Shown one piece after another: positions 56,820-64,000 of a stretch of 64,000 nucleotides of DNA; position 1 is the first letter of the stretch, and every line of letters starts with the position of its first letter. The stretch comes from the human T2T-CHM13v2.0 reference genome, Homo sapiens. The position numbers and the translations under genes are program-made. The notes below the pieces were generated by a model, which saw only the letters and a list, made by a program, of their open reading frames with translations, was not told where the DNA came from and searched no databases. The stretch is taken from the NCBI RefSeq assembly GCF_009914755.1, contig NC_060930.1, one strand, 5' to 3'.

Positions 56820-57176
56820 AGGACAGTTAGCACTGTCATTGAACCCTCAACATGGTATGATCTCTTGAGAAGATTAAGCAGCCATTTGGTGGCAGATTGA
56901 TCACTTTGAACCCTTTCTATTAATACCTTGCAGTGGGCAGAGACTCATCCTTATAGGGATTTGTATGTATTCCAGGTATAATTTTGCTTCCCTGTCTCCA
57001 ATGCCCCTGCTAATACTACCCAAGGACTCACAATGTCTGATGTACTGACATGGAACCTTGCCTTACATCTCAGACCAAGGGACTCACTTTACTGTGAAGG
57101 ATGTGTTACAAAGGGCACATGATCATGGGATCTACTGGTCCTACCTTATTCTATATTACACAGAAATGGCAGCCTG
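56820..57176 (+). mobile_element. ERVL integrase fragment
   Basis: Translates to ..WWQIDH.. and SDQGTHF..AHDHGIYWSY.., matching the ERVL integrase core. Confidence 0.7.
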
Positions 57177-59650
57177 TTTTTCCCCAGCTTTGCCAACATA
57201 ATAATTAGCAAAACTTTTTAATTATATGATAATATATTTCAGGAAGAAAACACTGACAACCGTGAAATTCAAACTAGATAGTAGAGAAACTGGAATTGGG
57301 GAGACCAGTTAGAAAGCGGTTTGGAAACAAAGATACACATGAGTTTTAAAGCTGTGGGCTAATGTAGATGTTGATGTGATTATAAGTCTCTGTTAAAAGA
57401 GTTAGGGTGAGGTTTGAGGTGGTTTTAGATTATTATTTTTGCTAAAGAACCCAGAAATGACTAAGTTTATCCCTGTCAATCACTTCTGACACTCTACTCA
57501 TATCATGTTCCTAAGGAAGTTGAACAAAAGGAGCGATAGCCAAATGGGACTAACTATAATAGCTAATATTTATTGAGTACTTAATACTGTACTAAAGATA
57601 TTGTGTGCTACATTTTACTTAATATTCTATGGGGCAATAAGCAGAACTATTCAGAAATGATCCTGGGATCTCACTCTAGATTGCCCAGGAAATGTGCTAG
57701 CTACAACTGGAGTTTCCCGTTCCTCTTGGAAAGAGGGGCTGCACCTACGTATAGCTTTGCATGAGACCAGCTGCTTACACTTTCTAACACGAAGGGGCTG
57801 CAACTGTCCATAGGATGCATGGTCTCCAGGTGTTGGGCATCTGGTCCTCAGATGCTTCCTCAGCTCTGCTAGCATCTAAACCCAGACTGCCCGGCAATCA
57901 AGTAGTCTGCTTGTTGTCTTACTGAAAAGTGGTGTTCAAGTTTATCCTTGACAAGATAGAATAATTGGGTCAGGACCAGAGCCCCAACCTATTGCATGTG
58001 AAATGGCTTGTTCTTGCCCCTGGTTCACCTCTCCATGGGATTATGAGAGGATTGAGAACTCTATGCCTCTTGTGCCTGACTCTTGCTTTCTAAGTTTCCC
58101 CAGTAAATCTTATTCCCATTCCTTCGTTCATACTATGTGATGTTGTAGAATTTATTGCAAGGCCCGTTGTACCACATCCTTGCAGCAAATTTATGACTCA
58201 GAAATTACTATTTCTATCTTAGAGATGAGGAATATGAGACAGAAAAAGTCACATAGCAGGTAGGTGGTAGGATTTGAAACCAAGTCATCTAGTTCCTGAG
58301 CCCATGATCTCAAAAACTTTGTTAAACTAAATGGAACTACTAATTTATAAAGAGCTAAGTGAGTGCTCAGATAATCAAATAATCACCCATGGAGAAGTTC
58401 AAATCTCTTGCAGAAGTTCAGATCTCTGTTGGAGCATGTAGCCTAGATTTAACCTCCAGTGGTGCCTTTAACTTTGTCCTAAGTCTTAGGCTTGTGTCAA
58501 CTGCTGGCCAGCTACATGGAGGAAATAAGTTGAGAAAAAGCAGGAAGCAACATGGCTGGGTCTACAGAGAAGATCCAAGTTTAGCTGTCTCATGCTCTTT
58601 GGGCCCAGAGGAGAGGAAAAGCAAGACAAAGTCTTAAACTTTCCACCAGATATCAAGACCTTGTTGATGTCCTAGAACATGACCAATCAGATTAATGATG
58701 GCTCTACCTGGGAAGAGTAGCTGAGAAAGGATTAAGTTGAGGCAGGCCTGGTGTGGGCAGATGTTGTTGAATGTTTCCCACTACCCCTTCCAGCCCACTG
58801 GAAGAATGGGTTTTTTAAAAAAACATACACTCAAGATGAGCTCTATTAGTCATTTCCTCATCTCACTTATTATTCCAGTTAAACCAAGGCTGAAGGACAG
58901 AAAGATCACAAACTTATTAATCTCTGGACAAACCTAGCTCAGGGCCAGAATCAGGAGGGTGAATCTCAGGAGGCTGTAACCCAACTGATTGCAAATAGGA
59001 TTTTGGAATAACAGTTTCTGAGGTGTCACAAAGAACTGTCAGCCCTTGTGTCTGTTCTCTAATAGAATTTTTACTTTCTTCTATGATCCCAAATTTCATA
59101 AACTCATACTATAACTAGGAAGTAGGCAGAAATGTCCTTTTGATGAACCAAATAATCAGAAACTTTTCTAATAATCCTCTTTGTGTATTTTTCCAGCCAC
59201 AGAACTGAATCATTCATTACCCAAAGCTAAACCCTGCCTACATGGTAACGCTTTTGTAAATGGGATTCTTTCTCTCTGACATCCCTTTTTCCTGCAGTCC
59301 CTTATACCCTCTCAATACCAGTGTGGCTCAAGGGGCCTTCAGTTCTGTCCTAATTCAGTCTCACATTCAAGCTGCACCTCCTTAGGCACCAGAATGCGAG
59401 AGAAGGTTGTTCCTTCAGGGAATATTTTCTTTTGGCAGGGCCATGTCACTGAGTCAGGCTTACTAATTATGTCCCAAGGTGGGCTCAGCCTCTGGCCCTT
59501 CAAGGAGCTTAGAGAGCTCTGGAGAGCTAAAGGACGCAATTCCACTCAGTTCCCCTAGGGACTTGTTTTGTTACGACCCTGTAGCGGTTGCCGCCAGCCT
59601 CCCGTCCCCGGACAGCGCGCCTCTTTCCTCCGCGCGGAATCTCGCCTTGC

Positions 59651-61146
59651 CGAGAGGTGACAGCGTGGTGCCAGGCCTCGCTCGCTCTCCGCGCCTCCTC
59701 GGCCTCGGCGCCCACTCTGGCCGCGCTCGAGGAGCCCTTCAGCTCGCCGCTGCACTGTGGGAACCCCTCTCTGGGCTGGCGAGGCCGGCTCCCTGTTTGC
59801 GGGGAGGTGTGGAGGAAGAGGCGGGAACTCTCTTGCGGGCCAGTGCGAGTTCCGGGTGGGCGCGGGTTCCGGGGGCCCCACACTCGGAGCGGCCGGCCGG
59901 CGCCACCGCTCCGGGCAGTGAGGGGTTTAGCACCCGGGCCAGCAGCTACGGAGGGGGCGCTGGGTCCCCCACCGCTGCCGGCCCACCCGCGCCGCGCTCG
60001 CGTGCTTCAGCCGCCTCCTCGCGGGGCAGGGCTTGGGACCTGCAACCTGCCATGCCCGAGAATTCGCGGTGGGCTCCTGCGCCGCCGGAGCCTCCCCGAC
60101 GATTGCCGCCCCCTGCTTCACGGCTTCCCGTCCCATCCACCGCCCAAGGGCTGAGAAGTGCGGGCGCACGGCGCGCGGGACTGGCGGGCAGCTCCGCCTG
60201 CGGCCCGGGTGCAGGATCCACCAGGTGAAGCCAGCTGGACTCCTGAGTCTAGTGGCGACTTGGAGAACCTTTATGTCTAGCTAAGGGATTGTAAATATAC
60301 CAATTAGCACTCTGTATCTAGCTAAACTGGTGGGGACTTGGAGAACCTTTATGTCTAGCTAAGGGATTGTAAATACAGCAATCAGCACTCTGTGTCTAGC
60401 TCAAGGTTTGTAAACAAACCAATCAGCACTCTGTGTCTAGCTAATCTGGTGGGGACTTGGAGAACCTTTATGTCTATCTAAGGGATTGTAAATTCACCAG
60501 TCAGCACTCTGTGTCTAGCTCAAGGTTTGTAAATACACCAATCAGCACTCTGTGCCTAGCTCAAGGTTTGTAAATGCACCAATCAGTGCTCTGTGTCTAG
60601 CTAATCTAGTGGGGACTTCGAGAACTTTTGTGTCTAGCTCAGGGATTGTAAACACACCAATCAGCACCCTGTCAAAACGGACCAATCGGCTCTCTGTAAA
60701 ATGGACCAATCAGCAGGATGTGGGTGGGGCCAGATAAGGGAATAAAAGCAGGTTACCGGAGTTGGCCGTTGTAATTTGTTTTGTCCTGTTTCACATTGTG
60801 GTGGTTTTATTTTTTACTATTAGCTGTTTGGATCTGCATTTTGTTTTGTGAGGTGTAACACTGTGAGGGCCTGTAGTTTCACTCTTGAGGTCAGCGAGGC
60901 CACGAACCCACCTGGAAAAACAAACAGTTCCAGATATGCCGCCTTAAGAGCTGTAACACTCATTGTAGAGGTCTGCGGTTTCACTTCTGAAGCTAGCTAG
61001 TCGACGAACCCACCAAAAGGAACAAACTCCAAACACGTCTGACTATCAGAAGGAACAAACTCCAGACACATTTTTTAGAACTAACACCCTGAGGGTCTGC
61101 AGCTTCATTCTAGAATCATGCCAAGAACTCACAAATTTCTGACACA
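59651..61146 (+). mobile_element. LTR12-family solo LTR inserted into a CpG island
   Basis: CGAGAGGTGACAGCGTG start (TG->CG), GACACA end, perfect TSD TTGC at 59647-59650 and 61147-61150, CCAAT tandem repeats at about 60300-60710. Confidence 0.92.
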
Positions 61147-61149
61147 TTG

Positions 61150-61760
61150 CTTTTCCGCAGGAGGTTGCGGGAAGACGTACAAGGAAGGGTCGGGATGGTG
61201 CTTGAGGTGGTCAGAGCCACACCCAGGGCTGCATTCTCATCAGAGACACCTCTAAGTTACTGCGAAGTCGGAGACACCAGAAAGGAAGACTCCAACGTAT
61301 TCCGAGAGGAGTGGAGGCAAATGGGATAGACTAGCCCTCCCGCCCGGGATCCCGCGTCTCGGGGAACGGAGACCCGGGCACACGCCACTTGCTTGCTGGG
61401 AGATTCCTTACAAGTTACATAGAGGGGGAGCTTCTCCTGGCCAAACGTGGGTTATTCTCGTTCTCCCTTCCCCACACTGTCGCAGAGGAGGAAGACGTCT
61501 TGGTCGCCGTTAAGAGCTAAAACGAACGCCAAGGCTCTAAGTGGCCCTGGGGTCCAGCGCTCGCCGGAGGCACCAGCGTGTGCAGGCCCGGAGCGCCGTC
61601 TTCTGGGCGAGGAGTGTCATTAGTAACACTTTATGTTGCGGATAGGTGAAAGAAAAACTGACGCTTCGGAGATGGGGGTGCCCAAAGAGGAAGAGAGAAC
61701 AGCGATTAGGGCCTTAAACCTCACACCCGAACAAATTCGGCCGGAGTTACTGAGCGGCAG
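61150..61760. promoter_or_regulatory. CpG island, 3' half of the island split by LTR12 (5' part at about 59570-59650)
   Basis: CpG-dense non-repeat sequence on both sides of the LTR. Confidence 0.65.
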
Positions 61761-61988
61761 GCTCTCTGATGGAGATGGGTGCTTTCAGACTTAAGACGTG
61801 AAAACAAAGATCAGCCACTCATGAACGAACTCAAGGCTCACTGAGATGCAACTGCCATGAAGAAGTGGGTGCAGGGTGAGAGGTCTGTCTACCTCCTTAG
61901 AAGGACCACTGTGGCTTGTGCAGAGATCCGAAGTTTGTTCTCATTACAATGGGGACGGTGAGTGCTAGTAATGTGGACCATTTTTCAA

Positions 61989-62007
61989 TAGCGCCACCTT
62001 GTGGCAG
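61989..62007 (-). promoter_or_regulatory. CTCF motif
   Basis: Minus strand reads CTGCCACAAGGTGGCGCTA, close to consensus TGGCCACCAGGGGGCGCTA. Confidence 0.65.
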
Positions 62008-62405
62008 TGACAAAATGGCCGTAGTGGACTTGGGCTCAGGTGCTTTCTTGAGTGTGCAAACTGGTAAGAACTAATTTTTTGAATCAGATTTGGGGATTAT
62101 TCAGGCAGAAGGGGATCCCTAAATGGAAACACTGACATTTTAATACTGCAAGTGGGGGATGATGAACAGACAAATAACAAGCAATGGGGGGCCACATTTG
62201 TGTTCAGAATTCATGGAACTTTTTTTTTTGATTTTTCTATTTCTCATTTTTTTAATGTATGTATTTTGAGGGTACATGTAATATTTTGATACATAACGTA
62301 TAAAGGTCAAAGATAAGGATAATTTGTGTGTGTGTGTATATATATGTATAAACTTAAATGTCCTTTTTGCTTGGAACGTTCAAATTTTTTTCTAGTTATA
62401 TCTAA

Positions 62406-62734
<329 letters not shown>

Positions 62735-62739
62735 AGAAG

Positions 62740-64000
62740 TGTCTAATAGATTATAGTCACCCTACTGATCTATTGAACTCTGGTTGTCTTTCTTCTACCT
62801 AATTGTATACTTATACCGTTTAACCAACCTCTCTTTATCCCACGTCTTCCCTCCTCTTTCCAGGCCCTGATAACCACCATTGTACTCCCTAGCTTCATGA
62901 GATCTTCTGTTTTAGCTCCCACATAGGAGTGAGAACATGCAGTATTCATGAATCACACTCATCATGAGCGATCTTCTTGGTTGTTGAATTGGGGTTGCTA
63001 GTTATTTTGAGAATTTTTGTATCTATGTTCATCAGGGATTTTGGCCTGTAGTTTTGTTTTTGATTTGATTTCTGACACAGATTTTGCTGTATCCTTGTCT
63101 GGTTTTCACATCAGGGCAATGCTGGCCTTGTAGAATGAGTTTAGAGGAATACCCTCCTCTTCAATTTTTTTTTAAAAGAGTTTGAGTAGAATTGGTATCA
63201 GTTCTCTAAATATTTGCTAGAATTCAGCAGTGAGGCCATAATGTCCTGGGCTTTTCTTTGATGAGAGACTTTATTAAGGCTTCAATTTCATTACTCATAA
63301 TTGGTTTGTTAGGGTTTCTATTCATGGTTCAATCTTAGTACGTTGTATATGTTTAATAATTTATCCATTTTTTCTATGTTTTCCAATTTGTTGGTGTATA
63401 GTTGTTCATATTCTCTGATTCTTTGTATTTTTGTGGTCTGTTATATCTCTTTTTTTTTCTTTCTGATTGATTTATTTGGGTTTCTCTTTTTTAGTCTAGG
63501 GAAAGGTTTGTTAATTTTGTCTATCTTCAAAAAATCAACTTTTCATTTCATTGATCAAATGTATTTATGTTTTAGTTTCAATTTCATTTATGTCTGTTCT
63601 GATATTTATTTCTTTCTACTAATTTTGGATTTGGTTCATCCTTGCTTTTTTGAGTTCCTTGAGATCCATTTTTAGGTTGATTATTTGAAGTCTTTTCCCT
63701 TTTTTGATGTAGGTGTTTATTGCTATAAAGTTATTGTTATGCTGTATTCTGTAGGCTTCGGTATGTTGTATATCTATTTTCACTAGTTTCATGAAATTTT
63801 TAAAATTTTCTTAGCTTATTCATTGACCCATTGGTTGTAGGAGCATGTTGATTTCCATGTGTTTGTATAGTTTCCAAGGTTCCTCTTGTTGATTTCTGGT
63901 TTTATTCCATTGTGATCAGAAAAGATACTTGATATAATTTTTACTTTTTTGAATTTGCTGAGACTTCTTTTGTGACTTAAGGTATGGTCTGTTCTGGAGA
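62740..64000 (-). mobile_element. Old L1 (L1M) fragments, antisense
   Basis: TATGTTCATCAGGGAT.TTGGCCTGTAGTTT and TTTTATTCCATTGTG.TCAGA.AAGATACTTGAT ORF2 motifs. Confidence 0.8.

Noticed and set aside
57650-58180. Possible old LTR ending ..GTACCACA
   Set aside because: I could not assign a family or boundaries with confidence.
59479-60284. 249-aa and 188-aa ORFs
   Set aside because: Low-complexity Pro/Ala/Arg translations of CpG-rich LTR12 sequence, with non-ATG starts.

Overview
Human (primate) genomic DNA, recognisable as the 6p22.1 extended-MHC tRNA/zinc-finger region from its gene content and order. The only protein-coding gene is ZNF311 (minus strand, six coding exons rebuilt from splice sites, 666 aa, KRAB plus 14 C2H2 fingers). 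There are three intact tRNA genes (Phe-GAA, Glu-CTC, Leu-AAG), a KRT18 processed pseudogene inside an LTR8, and a 7SL/SRP-RNA copy. Most of the rest is transposon-derived: a fossil hAT transposase, two LTR12 solo LTRs, a near full-length L1PB, over 30 Alus, MaLR/ERV LTRs, L2 and MIR. The best lead is the 7SL copy at 22275-22572. It is strongly diverged from RN7SL1, yet its substitutions are largely compensatory, it keeps its CpGs, and it ends in a Pol III T-run with no poly(A) tail or TSD. It therefore looks like a structurally selected variant SRP RNA gene rather than a dead retrocopy. Other leads are a three-Alu array inside a single TSD, an LTR12 inserted into a CpG island that has lost its poly(A) signal, a templated-insertion scar copying the ZNF311 promoter, and an Alu with a triplicated A-box. 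Repeat subfamily names and consensus comparisons come from memory, and repeat boundaries are approximate unless a TSD is quoted.
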